Below the pieces are notes generated by a model. That model worked only from the letters and a program-made list of their open reading frames with translations, made no database searches and had not been told where the DNA came from. A DNA stretch of 64,000 nucleotides from the NCBI GenBank assembly GCA_965261395.1, contig OZ253462.1:2400001-2464000 (forward strand), in the 5' to 3' direction. The translations under genes and the position numbers were made by a program. Below are positions 1-8,602 of this stretch, in pieces (position 1 is the stretch's first letter; the number at the start of each line of letters is the position of its first letter). This stretch comes from Candidatus Latescibacterota bacterium (lineage in GTDB: Bacteria > Latescibacterota > UBA2968 > UBA8231).

Positions 1-96
1 GAACTTGGCATACAGCGATCGTTCCAGCTCGCTGGCTGGATACATGATGGCGTTGAGGCGGACGAAGCGGAAGGGCGATGTGATGTCAGACGCCAT
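1..96 (-). CDS. N-terminus of a gene running off the window edge (MASDITSPFRFVRLNAIMYP...), product unknown
   Basis: ATG at 96, 13 nt after the MBL gene stop; frame stays open to position 1. Confidence 0.5.
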   Translation of the reverse strand, partial: MASDITSPFRFVRLNAIMYPASELERSLYAKF

Positions 97-109
97 GATC
101 TTGGACCAA

Positions 110-973
110 TCACCAGGCCACTTCCATCATGTCCCGCGCCCAGTACATAGGCCCGCTGAAGACGCTTTTTACCTCGGCGATGCCCTCGGTGGTCTCTTCT
201 TCCGAATCGAGGGTCGGGGACTGGTGGTTGATTACCAAGCGCTTGGCACCGGCCTCGGTGGCCATGCGCCCGGCATTTAGGGTGCCGGTTTCGGAGATGA
301 CGCTGGGGAAGGTTTGGATCTTTTCCTCCCGATGCACGGCCTCCATCACGAACAGGTCCGCATCCCTTGCTAATTCGACTACGGACTCGATCGGCGCTGT
401 ATCGCCGCTAAAGGCGACGATGCCTTCGTCGGTCTCAAAGCGGAAGCCGTAGCATTCGATATAGGGCTGGGCGTGCTTGACTTCGCGCGTGTAGCAGGTC
501 CAGCCTTCCCCTGCGGCCACTTTTCCCTCGGCGTATTCGACTGCGTGAACTACCGGTTCTGGCCTGGACTCGCCTACGCCGCCGCGCATCTGATAGGCGT
601 GAACGCTCATGGGATGATTGGTGCGGGCGATCACGTCGTACCAGAAGAGGCCATCGGGACTCCAGATACCGTCGGTGATGCGCTTGATCGGGGGAGGCCC
701 ATAGACGTGGAGGTCTGGCTCAGTGCCGATGCACTGGTCGAAGCGCGTCATCAAGAAGCAGAGATAATCGGAGATATGGTCGGAGTGCAGGTGGGTGAAA
801 AACAGGTTGTGTACCGAGGTACAGGGGATGCCCATGCGGTGCATCTTAAAGGTCGATGCAGGGCCGCAGTCGATCATCAGCCGCTGGTCGCAGATCTCGA
901 GAATGAAACAGGTACCCCAGCGGTCGCGAGTGGGGGTGGGCGTACCGGCACCGACAATGTTTAGCTTTGGCAT
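110..973 (-). CDS. MBL-fold metallo-hydrolase (RNase Z/arylsulfatase AtsA-like)
   Basis: GAGTP start, IDCG, THLHSDH motif, FSGDT, LVINH. Confidence 0.85.
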   Translation of the reverse strand: MPKLNIVGAGTPTPTRDRWGTCFILEICDQRLMIDCGPASTFKMHRMGIPCTSVHNLFFTHLHSDHISDYLCFLMTRFDQCIGTEPDLHVYGPPPIKRITDGIWSPDGLFWYDVIARTNHPMSVHAYQMRGGVGESRPEPVVHAVEYAEGKVAAGEGWTCYTREVKHAQPYIECYGFRFETDEGIVAFSGDTAPIESVVELARDADLFVMEAVHREEKIQTFPSVISETGTLNAGRMATEAGAKRLVINHQSPTLDSEEETTEGIAEVKSVFSGPMYWARDMMEVAW

Positions 974-1158
974 GGGATCGTCTCCAAATTGTAGGGCAAA
1001 TAAATAGGCATTATTGATAGAGGGTCAAGCTCGTCGGCAGGTATTTGCACAACGGCTTATTGCAGGAAAATAGTGGAAAGAAATCCTTCCCGCAGGTGTT
1101 GAACGTGGTATTTTTAGGAGGGAATCCTTCAGCCTCTACTATTCGGGAGAATCCGCCT

Positions 1159-1553
1159 TTGGAATTCGACACTAAAAAACTACCCGCCACCCCTGACGTG
1201 ACCGCCCCCGACGGCTCGGATGTGCGCATTCTATTGGGCCTGCAAGGCGGCGGCATGGCGCATTTTGAACTCCAACCCAGCCAGACGTCCAAAGCCGTTA
1301 CCCACCGCACGGTCGAAGAGATCTGGTTTTTTTCGCCGGCCGCGGTCAAATGTGGCGGCGGCAGAACGACCGCGAGGAAATCGTGGCGGTCGAGCCGGGC
1401 GTCTGCCTGACCATTCCGCTGGGCACCCACTTCCAGTTCCGCGCCTTGGGCGACGAGCCGCTCGCCGAGATTGCCGTTACCCTGCCCCCTTGGCCCGGCG
1501 AGGACGAAGCGTACCCGGTCGAGGGGATGTGGCCAGAGACTGCGTCCCGTTAG
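1159..1553 (+). pseudogene. Cupin-domain protein, frameshifted at a T7 tract (1327-1333)
   Basis: APDGSDVRIL...HRTVEEIWFF in one frame continues as AGRGQMWRRQ...IPLGTHFQFR in another; one extra T restores a single ORF. Confidence 0.8.
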
Positions 1554-1639
1554 GCGAATACAGGGCCTTCAGGCTGGAGATTGGGCGTATCAGCGGCGGC
1601 GACATTACCGTATATTACAAGGCGACTGGAGGCATTATT

Positions 1640-1873
1640 ATGATTGAATCCTCTATTACAAAAAAAGGACAGACGACACTACCTAAGTGCGTGCGGGAGA
1701 CGCTTGGTCTAAAGGCCGGAGACCGGGTACGCTACGTCATTTCCGATGGCGAGGTGCGAATGCTGCCCGTGCGTCCTATCCGTCGGCTGTTCGGCGCGCT
1801 CCAGCACGACGGCCCCGCCGTCACTGTGGAGGAAATGGAACAGGCCGCAGCCGATGGGGCGTGTGAGGAGTGA
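1640..1873 (+). CDS. vapB: AbrB/MazE/SpoVT-family antitoxin
   Basis: SITKKGQTTLPK...LGLKAGDRV motif; GGAGG RBS; 4-nt overlap with PIN gene. Confidence 0.85.
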   Translation: MIESSITKKGQTTLPKCVRETLGLKAGDRVRYVISDGEVRMLPVRPIRRLFGALQHDGPAVTVEEMEQAAADGACEE

Positions 1874-2277
1874 TCGCACTCGATACCAATGTTCTCGTCC
1901 GCTATCTGGTACGCGACGACATCGAACAGGCGGAAGCCGCCCGATCGCTACTGGAGTCGCTCTCGGTGGACCGTCCCGGCTACGTTTGTCGTGAAGTTAC
2001 CATCGAGGTCGTCTGGGTGCTGGAACGAGCCTACGGCTATTCCCGTGACCAGATTGCGGCGATATTGGAAGAACTGGTAGCGACAGAGGAACTCATAATT
2101 GAGGCAGCCGACGATGTGGGCCGTACGGCCTCTCGCTACTGGACGGGTGGCGCGGGTTTTTCCGACCTGATGATCCTGGCTGCCGCCGAACGAGTGGGTG
2201 CCCACCCCCTATATACCTTTGATCAGAAGGCAGCACGGCTTGAGGGTGCGACGCTGGTGATGAATAAGGCCGACTAG
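1870..2277 (+). CDS. vapC: PIN-domain toxin
   Basis: IALDTNVLVRYL, EVVWVL, FSDLMI, LYTFD acidic PIN residues. Confidence 0.9.
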   Translation: MIALDTNVLVRYLVRDDIEQAEAARSLLESLSVDRPGYVCREVTIEVVWVLERAYGYSRDQIAAILEELVATEELIIEAADDVGRTASRYWTGGAGFSDLMILAAAERVGAHPLYTFDQKAARLEGATLVMNKAD

Positions 2278-2290
2278 TACGGCTTTAGCT

Positions 2291-2566
2291 ATGCCCCTCA
2301 AAAGCCACCCCGTCCACCTGCACACGTCCCGCCTGCACCTGCGTCCCATGACCGACGCCGATTGGGACACCTTGCTGCGCTGGAACCAAGATCCCGAAGT
2401 GTTGTATTACGCCGATTACAATCCCCGCAGCCGAACCGCGTTCGCCAAAGTAGGCTTCCGCGTCGTGGCTCACATCGCCTTGCCGCCCGGCGGCAAGGCG
2501 CGCTCCACCTGCGATATGTGTATCGCTCGAACCGAGTGGGCGGCGGGTGCCAATCCGCTGGCTTAG
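2291..2566 (+). pseudogene. RimJ/RimL-type GNAT acetyltransferase with in-frame internal deletion
   Basis: N-terminal TSRLHLRPMTDADW...WNQDPEV is fused directly to C-terminal DYNPRSRTAFAKVGF; the central acetyl-CoA-binding segment is missing. Confidence 0.65.
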
Positions 2567-2579
2567 GTCTGTGGAGAAT

Positions 2580-2618
2580 GCCGACCTATGCGCTTAGTCG
2601 TCCCGTCGTACAGCCACC
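2580..2618 (+). repeat. Dead copy of the 5' end of the oxidoreductase starting at 4584 (direct repeat of 4576-4614)
   Basis: GCCGACCTATGCGC(T/C)TAGTCGTCC(C/T)GTCGTACAGCCACC, 37/39 identical. Confidence 0.9.
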
Positions 2619-2680
2619 GCAACGCCGCGCAAGCCGCGCTGTTATCAGTTGTGGACCCGCACGATAGCCCGTTGTCCATC

Positions 2681-2950
2681 TCAGAGTCTCTTGAGAAGCT
2701 GATCATATTTGGCGTGCGAGCCAATCCAGAACCAAATCATGGAGTCGTTGCGGCGAACACCCAGGGCGCGATAATCTCTGCTGATTCGAACGGCGAAAAT
2801 CGGTTTAGTCGGATGAACTTTCTTGAACCGGAGACTTGGGTGATAAGGATCGGCTTGGAATTGCCGGTAGGCTGATCTGGCTTGGTCTCGGACGCCGCGC
2901 GGCAAACCTTGAAGTGCCGCGCGAAATCGCTCCGTGGTCCGAGAGGTCAT
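2681..2950 (-). CDS. RelE/ParE-superfamily toxin
   Basis: TTERFR...DPYHPSLRFKKV...VRISRDYRALG...WFWIGSHAKYD. Confidence 0.8.
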   Translation of the reverse strand: MTSRTTERFRAALQGLPRGVRDQARSAYRQFQADPYHPSLRFKKVHPTKPIFAVRISRDYRALGVRRNDSMIWFWIGSHAKYDQLLKRL

Positions 2951-3165
2951 ATCTGCTCTGGGTCGAGAGGCTCAGTCTTGTTATCGCTGTATTCTTTGAG
3001 TGCCTCTTCAGCAAGTTGGTCCAACTCGGCCCTAGAGTTCTCAAAGGCGTTGTCCCACTGTCGCTCAGATTCTAGCTCTGCCATTATGACGGCGGCGATG
3101 GCGTCTTGCTCCTCGTCTGGGAGCTTCTTGATCTCTAAAATGGCCTTCTCAAGGAATTGGGTCAT
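2947..3165 (-). CDS. Acidic antitoxin of the RelE-like toxin
   Basis: 72 aa, acidic (LEKAI..KLPDEEQDAIA..QWD..LAEEAL); 4-nt overlap with toxin. Confidence 0.75.
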   Translation of the reverse strand: MTQFLEKAILEIKKLPDEEQDAIAAVIMAELESERQWDNAFENSRAELDQLAEEALKEYSDNKTEPLDPEQI

Positions 3166-3252
3166 GATAAGTGTCTCCTCACTCAGATCGTCGGGTACCT
3201 TCTGGTCGTCCTTTCATTATAATTAAATAGTCAACCTGAGAAAGGACAGACC

Positions 3253-4593
3253 ATGTTGTACCACCGCTTGCGCCAACTCGACCAAAGGGGCACACCCATT
3301 CAGATCGGCCTCATCGCGGCCGGCACCTTTGGCACCCAGATCGCCTCGCAACTGGCCCATGCCCCCGGCATGCGCTTGGCCGCCATTGCCGAATTGGATC
3401 TAACCAAAGCCCGGCGCGCGTACGGCCGGGGCGATGTCCCCGACGACCAGATAGACACAGCCGACGATCCTGCGGCCATTGACGCGGCTATGGAGGCGGG
3501 CCGCTACGCCGTCACCGTTGATGCCCACGCCCTGATGGAGAGCCGCATTGACCTAGTTATCGAAGCCACGGGCAACGTCGAGGCCGGAGCGGCCCACGCC
3601 CGCTATGCCATCGCGCAAAAAAAGCATCTAGTCATGGTCACGGTGGAGGCCGATGTAGTCGTCGGCAGCCAACTGAAAAAACTGGCCGACCAGGCCGGCG
3701 TACTCTACAGCGCCGCGTACGGCGATGAGCCGGCCTGCGCCTTGGAACTGTGGGACTGGGCCCGTGCCCTCGGCTTCAGGGTAATAGCCGCCGGCAAGGG
3801 CACGCGCTTTAAGACCGCCTTCCGCAAAGCCAATCCCGACGACGTGCCGCGTCTGTACGGCTTTACCGGACGCGATTACAACGCCCAGATGTTTGGTTCA
3901 TTTTTAGACGGCACTAAGCACGCCATTGAAATGGCCTGTCTGGCCAATATGAGCGGCCTCGTGCCCGATGTGCGCGGGATGCACTTCCCAGCCGCGGACT
4001 TGCGCCAGATCCCCGACATCTTGTGCCATCGGAGCAAGGGCGGCCTGCTCAACGCGGAAGGCGTGGTCGAGGCGGTCAGTCTAATCGACGAGAACGAACG
4101 GCCCGTCGAGCGCGGTCTGCGCGGCGGCCTGTACTGCGTCGTCGATGGGGCCACGCCCTTTGCCATGGAATCGCTCGGTTCGTACGGCGAAATCATCGGC
4201 ATGATTATCGGCCAGCGCAGCGGCTACGGCATGATCTATCGCCCACAGCACTGGATTGGCCACGAAATGCCCATCAGCGCGGCGCGCATCGCCCTCGACG
4301 GCCAGACATCGGGTCACCCCATCGGCCATTACGCCGAAGTCGTGACCGCGGCCAAAAAGCCCCTCGCCGCTGGCACTATGCTCGACGGCGAGGGCGGTTA
4401 TTGCGCGTATGGCCTGTTGGAAAAAGCCACCCTCGCCCGCTCCGGCAACCTACTGCCCATAGGTCTGTCGCAACGGGCCGTGCTCACCCGCGATATCCCC
4501 GAGGACGCCCTGATCACCTACGACGATGTCGAACTGCCCGATTCCGAATTGCTCACCTTGCGCCGCCAGCAGGAGGCCGACCTATGCGCCTAG
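3253..4593 (+). CDS. NAD(P)-dependent oxidoreductase, homoserine-dehydrogenase-like, with C-terminal SAF domain
   Basis: IGLIAAGTFG Rossmann motif, EATG, DGTKHAIEMA, AAKKPL..G..LDGEGGY, LPIGL. Confidence 0.85.
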   Translation: MLYHRLRQLDQRGTPIQIGLIAAGTFGTQIASQLAHAPGMRLAAIAELDLTKARRAYGRGDVPDDQIDTADDPAAIDAAMEAGRYAVTVDAHALMESRIDLVIEATGNVEAGAAHARYAIAQKKHLVMVTVEADVVVGSQLKKLADQAGVLYSAAYGDEPACALELWDWARALGFRVIAAGKGTRFKTAFRKANPDDVPRLYGFTGRDYNAQMFGSFLDGTKHAIEMACLANMSGLVPDVRGMHFPAADLRQIPDILCHRSKGGLLNAEGVVEAVSLIDENERPVERGLRGGLYCVVDGATPFAMESLGSYGEIIGMIIGQRSGYGMIYRPQHWIGHEMPISAARIALDGQTSGHPIGHYAEVVTAAKKPLAAGTMLDGEGGYCAYGLLEKATLARSGNLLPIGLSQRAVLTRDIPEDALITYDDVELPDSELLTLRRQQEADLCA

Positions 4594-5654
4594 TCGTCCT
4601 GTCGTACAGCCACCACGGCCGCAGCATCGGCCAGACCGCCCGTGCCTTGGGGCACGATATAATCGGGGTTATGGATGGGGAAGAAGCCCCGCGCCAACAA
4701 CTCGCAGAAATTTTCCAATGCCCAGGCTTTGCTACCGCTGGCGAGTGCCTCGACGCCATGCAGCCCGCCGCCGCTATAGTCGCTGGCAAGCACATTGAAA
4801 TGCCGGATCACGTGCAGGCCTGCGTCGATCGGCGCAGCCCCTACCTGCTCGACAAACCCTTTGCCGATTGCGCTGCTCGGCTCCGACCCGCGGCCGCAGC
4901 GTCAGCCAAATACGGGGTCTTCAGCGCTCTCACCCTGCCCAATCGCGCTAGCCGCATCGTCGCTACTGTGGAGCGGTTGCTGGCGGATGGCACGCTGGGC
5001 GATTTGGTCCAGTATAGCTGCCGCCTCAACAACGGCCCACCTTCGCGCTACGACCCGACGCCCTCGGCTTGGCACAACGACCCGGCCATTTCCGGCGGCG
5101 GCAGTTGGGCCGTAGAGGCGGCCCACGGCATTGACACCTTCCTGCAATTCGTCGGCGAGCAGACGGTACACGTGGTCGGCGCGATCATGTCCAATGCCAC
5201 TCACGGCCGGACAGTGGAGGATATTGGCTTGGGAATGCTGCGCACGGACGGGGGCGTGACCGGCTTTATTGAAAGCGGCTACGCCTACCCGGCAGGAGTG
5301 CGCGGCGGCGACCACTTCTTCCGCTTTATCGGCACCCGTGCCATGGTCTTCCAGCAGTACGGCAAAGAGGGCGAGCCTCTCATCGAAGTCCACACTACCG
5401 AAGGCGTACAATTCAGTGAAGATCTGTCGCACGGCGAGCGCATGAAGAACATTGTCGATCAAGCCCTGACCGCTTTGGCAGATGGGCGGCCCTTCACTCC
5501 CAACATCGATCAAGCTATGCGCATTCTCGAAATACAGGACGCAGTGTACGACCACGCCCGCAGAAGCGCTCTGACCAACGGTCCGCATCCCATGGGCACC
5601 CCGCCTATGGCATCTAATGATGATGATGCGACGGCGAAAAACTACGGGCTATAG
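4584..5654 (+). CDS. Gfo/Idh/MocA-family oxidoreductase
   Basis: LLDKPFA, SGGGSW...AHGID; GGAGG RBS before ATG 4584; overlaps the SAF gene stop. Confidence 0.8.
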   Translation: MRLVVLSYSHHGRSIGQTARALGHDIIGVMDGEEAPRQQLAEIFQCPGFATAGECLDAMQPAAAIVAGKHIEMPDHVQACVDRRSPYLLDKPFADCAARLRPAAAASAKYGVFSALTLPNRASRIVATVERLLADGTLGDLVQYSCRLNNGPPSRYDPTPSAWHNDPAISGGGSWAVEAAHGIDTFLQFVGEQTVHVVGAIMSNATHGRTVEDIGLGMLRTDGGVTGFIESGYAYPAGVRGGDHFFRFIGTRAMVFQQYGKEGEPLIEVHTTEGVQFSEDLSHGERMKNIVDQALTALADGRPFTPNIDQAMRILEIQDAVYDHARRSALTNGPHPMGTPPMASNDDDATAKNYGL

Positions 5655-6800
5655 CTGCTTGTATAGTTGAATGGTGCGGTGGGCCGCGTCTTCCCACGTG
5701 AAGGCTGCGGCCCGGTGGCGTCCTTGATGCGATAGCCGTTGGCGGAGCACGGAATCGGTCAGTAGGCGCTGCATCCCGGCGGCGATGGACGCGATGTCGA
5801 GCGGATCAACGAGCACGGTGCTTTCCCCAGCGACTTCGGCGAGCGAGGAACAGTTCGACGTGAGCACCGGACAGCCGCTGGCCATCGCTTCGAGCACGGG
5901 CAAGCCGAATCCTTCTATCAGTGACGGAAATGCAAAGAAGAGCGCATGGGCAAAACAGGCGCGGATTTGATCGTCGCTGAGCTGGCCGACGAGGAGCACC
6001 CGGTCGCTCAGGCCAAGTTGATGTGCTAGGCGCACAAGCGCAGGATTGCCCTCGCCGCGGCCGGCGAACACGAGGGCGAGATCGGGATGGTCCGGGGCGA
6101 CTTGGGCAAAAGCGCGCACCAGCCGAGGCAGGTTTTTGTACGGCAAGCTGTTGCCCAGGCCAAAGGCAAAAGGCCGTTCTGCAAGACCGTCGAGAATATC
6201 CTGCTGCGCACGGTCTTGGTCGGTCGCGTTGCCCAAGTCAAACGGGGCCGGTTCCGCGTTGTCCGAGTGCCAGGCGGGAGCTACGCCGTGGAGGATGGCT
6301 GTTACTTTGTCGGCTGGCACGCCGTGGTCGAGCGCAGCTTGGCGCGTGGTTTGGGAGACGGCGACGATGTGGTCGGCTGTGGTAATGGCCCGGCGGATAC
6401 CCATACTCCCGAGCGACCCCTTGACCCACCGCCGCCAGCGCCGGCCATCGGCGAGGTAGGAGTGATCCACCCATATCAGGTCGTGCAAGGTGATGACGAC
6501 GCGCCGGGCGCGCACGCCGATGGGGAGAAAGTGGTACAGGGAGTGATACACGTCGGCGTCGAGGGCGTTGATGACCCGGGCACCGGCGAGGATGTTGTGT
6601 GCCGAGGAAATATCGTGCGGTGAGAAAATCTCCCTGAAGTTGGCCTGATCGGCGATGGGGCCGTGACGCGAGGGTCGGCGGACGACGATGTACTCGTTTT
6701 CGCGGTCCAGCTTGGCGATGTGGCTGACGAGGTCGGCAGCGTAGCGGCCGAGGCTGGTGGGCACGTCGCGCAGTGAGCGGGCGTCGATACAGATTCTCAT
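5649..6800 (-). CDS. Glycosyltransferase family 4
   Basis: MRICIDAR, ITLHDLI, YKNL, PSLIEGFGLPVLEAMASG. Confidence 0.9.
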   Translation of the reverse strand: MRICIDARSLRDVPTSLGRYAADLVSHIAKLDRENEYIVVRRPSRHGPIADQANFREIFSPHDISSAHNILAGARVINALDADVYHSLYHFLPIGVRARRVVITLHDLIWVDHSYLADGRRWRRWVKGSLGSMGIRRAITTADHIVAVSQTTRQAALDHGVPADKVTAILHGVAPAWHSDNAEPAPFDLGNATDQDRAQQDILDGLAERPFAFGLGNSLPYKNLPRLVRAFAQVAPDHPDLALVFAGRGEGNPALVRLAHQLGLSDRVLLVGQLSDDQIRACFAHALFFAFPSLIEGFGLPVLEAMASGCPVLTSNCSSLAEVAGESTVLVDPLDIASIAAGMQRLLTDSVLRQRLSHQGRHRAAAFTWEDAAHRTIQLYKQL

Positions 6801-7546
6801 GGAGCGAGGCTAGCACAGTAGTTGGGGATGTGCGCCAGCGCCGCCCGCGGCCAGACCCGGAAGTCGGCGTAGGCGGCTACGGCGTGTCCCTGGGTCGAAT
6901 TGGCATCAGTGAGCAACGCTATGCCGATGGTCTTTTTAGGTAGGTTGGACGACAAAACGCGCTCGTGATCCCTTGCTAGATCGACCTGCTCTTGCAGCCA
7001 TTGCCCTAGCTTCTCCGGTCCGCTTTCGAGCACGACAAACCAGGGGCGGGCAATGCCTTTGCGGCGGGCGACGGTGCCGAGGGCCAAGGTCGTGCTCCAC
7101 ACGTATTTGATCTGTCGCGGGATGCCGAGCCAGTTGTGCGAAAAAATGACGTGTACTCCGGCGGCGCTGTCGTTGGTCTCGGTATAGCGCTCGTCGCCTC
7201 CCGGCGGCAGGGCGTCGGCGCGCCAGCACCAAGTCATAATTGGGTATTGCCGGGGATCCCAGTGGAATCTCTTCATAAGGACGACCGAGTGGCCGGTATC
7301 CTGTGCGGCTAGGTAGCGGTGGCCGTTGGCCTCGCGGACGGCGTAGAGCTTGGGTTTGTCGTCGTCTTTGCCACGCCAGCGCCAGCCACGGGGCAGGCTG
7401 TCTAGAGGCGTGGTGGCAAAGTCTTCGATGACTATGTAGGAGGGGGCTTCACGCTCACCTTCATCCGGCGGCGCGTCTTGGGCTGAGGCAGTGTTGAGAG
7501 AGAGGACGCAGCAGCCCGCTAGGCAAGCGAGTATGTGTCGACGCAT
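6797..7546 (-). CDS. Secreted DUF3047-type protein
   Basis: Signal peptide; YPIMTWCWRAD, DSAAGV, IKYVWS, IALLTDANST. Confidence 0.7.
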   Translation of the reverse strand: MRRHILACLAGCCVLSLNTASAQDAPPDEGEREAPSYIVIEDFATTPLDSLPRGWRWRGKDDDKPKLYAVREANGHRYLAAQDTGHSVVLMKRFHWDPRQYPIMTWCWRADALPPGGDERYTETNDSAAGVHVIFSHNWLGIPRQIKYVWSTTLALGTVARRKGIARPWFVVLESGPEKLGQWLQEQVDLARDHERVLSSNLPKKTIGIALLTDANSTQGHAVAAYADFRVWPRAALAHIPNYCASLAP

Positions 7547-7570
7547 TGCTCCATCTCTTGTGGGTCCGGG

Positions 7571-8602
7571 TCAGCGCGGGTTTTCTTGTTCCTGGAGCAT
7601 GGTTAAGGCCGTCGAGGGGCGGCGCTGGAGCGCGGTGCGACTCATGTAGCTGAGAAAGATCCAGCCGATGAAAATCCAGAATACGCGGCGCATGCGGCGC
7701 GTAAGACCCAAGGACAGGCCGAGAGACGGGTCCAACCCCAAGCTGGAGAACAGGAATACGAGGCTGCCTTCCATGACCCCAATATTGGAGGGCATGAAAA
7801 AGAACAGGCCGTTGATGACCGCGCCCAAGGCGTTGAGCAGAAAACAAAACCAAAAACCAATGCCCGCGTCCAGTGCCCAGAGGATGGCGTAGGTCTCACA
7901 GGTGCCCATAAACCAGCCGATGCTCTGAAAGAACAAGGCGCGGAGGAAGCGGGTGCGGTGGGTGCGGTAAAAGGTGCCGATATTGGTGTCGATGCGCGCT
8001 GCGCGCCCCATATTGCGCTCGATCATGTCGGTGCGTAGGCCGGCCGAGCGAAGCAGTTTGAGCAGGGACGTGAACATGCGATCTTGACGCTTGTAGAAGA
8101 CCCAGAAGGCCGCCAAGCTGACAATGAGCAGACCGGCGAAAAAGACCCGGTACTCCAAGGGAATAAGCTCGGACACGTCGTGGTAGTAGAACAACAACCC
8201 TAGGCCGAGGACGGTGAAGGACAGGCCAACTGCAATTTGCGCGGTTTTGTCAACGACCACCGAGGCCATGCCGCGCGGGCCGGGCGTCCGGTGGGAGAGC
8301 AAATAGGCCTTGACCGGCTCGCCGCCGAGATTGGCCAGCGGCGTGAGTTGATTGACCGCCTCGCCGGCCAGCTTGGCTGCAAAAAGGGTGGGCAGCCGTG
8401 GTTTGAAGGCGTCGGGCGGGAAGGCGAAGTTCCAAGCGATCGTGTTGGAGAGGTGCCAAGCGCACGAGGGCAGCAACAGCAAGGGGAACGCCCACTTGAT
8501 CGCATCTAAGTGGTGGAGGACCTCCTCGACCCCGAGCTGGCCGACGAGATAGCCCAGCAGCAGGAAGCCCAAGGCAACCATGGAAATTTGCAGGGCTTTC
8601 AC
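7571..8602 (-). CDS. Lysylphosphatidylglycerol-synthase TM-region (flippase-like) membrane protein
   Basis: AGEAVNQLTP..GGEPVKAYLL, PSNIGVMEG, RRMRRVFW; multiple TM segments. Confidence 0.8.
   Translation of the reverse strand: MKALQISMVALGFLLLGYLVGQLGVEEVLHHLDAIKWAFPLLLLPSCAWHLSNTIAWNFAFPPDAFKPRLPTLFAAKLAGEAVNQLTPLANLGGEPVKAYLLSHRTPGPRGMASVVVDKTAQIAVGLSFTVLGLGLLFYYHDVSELIPLEYRVFFAGLLIVSLAAFWVFYKRQDRMFTSLLKLLRSAGLRTDMIERNMGRAARIDTNIGTFYRTHRTRFLRALFFQSIGWFMGTCETYAILWALDAGIGFWFCFLLNALGAVINGLFFFMPSNIGVMEGSLVFLFSSLGLDPSLGLSLGLTRRMRRVFWIFIGWIFLSYMSRTALQRRPSTALTMLQEQENPR

Noticed and set aside
1321-1340. Programmed -1 frameshift in the cupin gene
   Set aside because: The T tract does not form an X_XXY_YYZ heptamer in the zero frame; an indel is more likely.
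1554-2290. Possible direct repeat flanking the vapBC pair
   Set aside because: Only a gapped, low-identity similarity; not supportable.
4023-4583. Long N-terminal extensions in the ORF track (also the 1220, 27027, 30396 and 49036 starts)
   Set aside because: They overlap real genes; family motifs and RBSs point to later starts.
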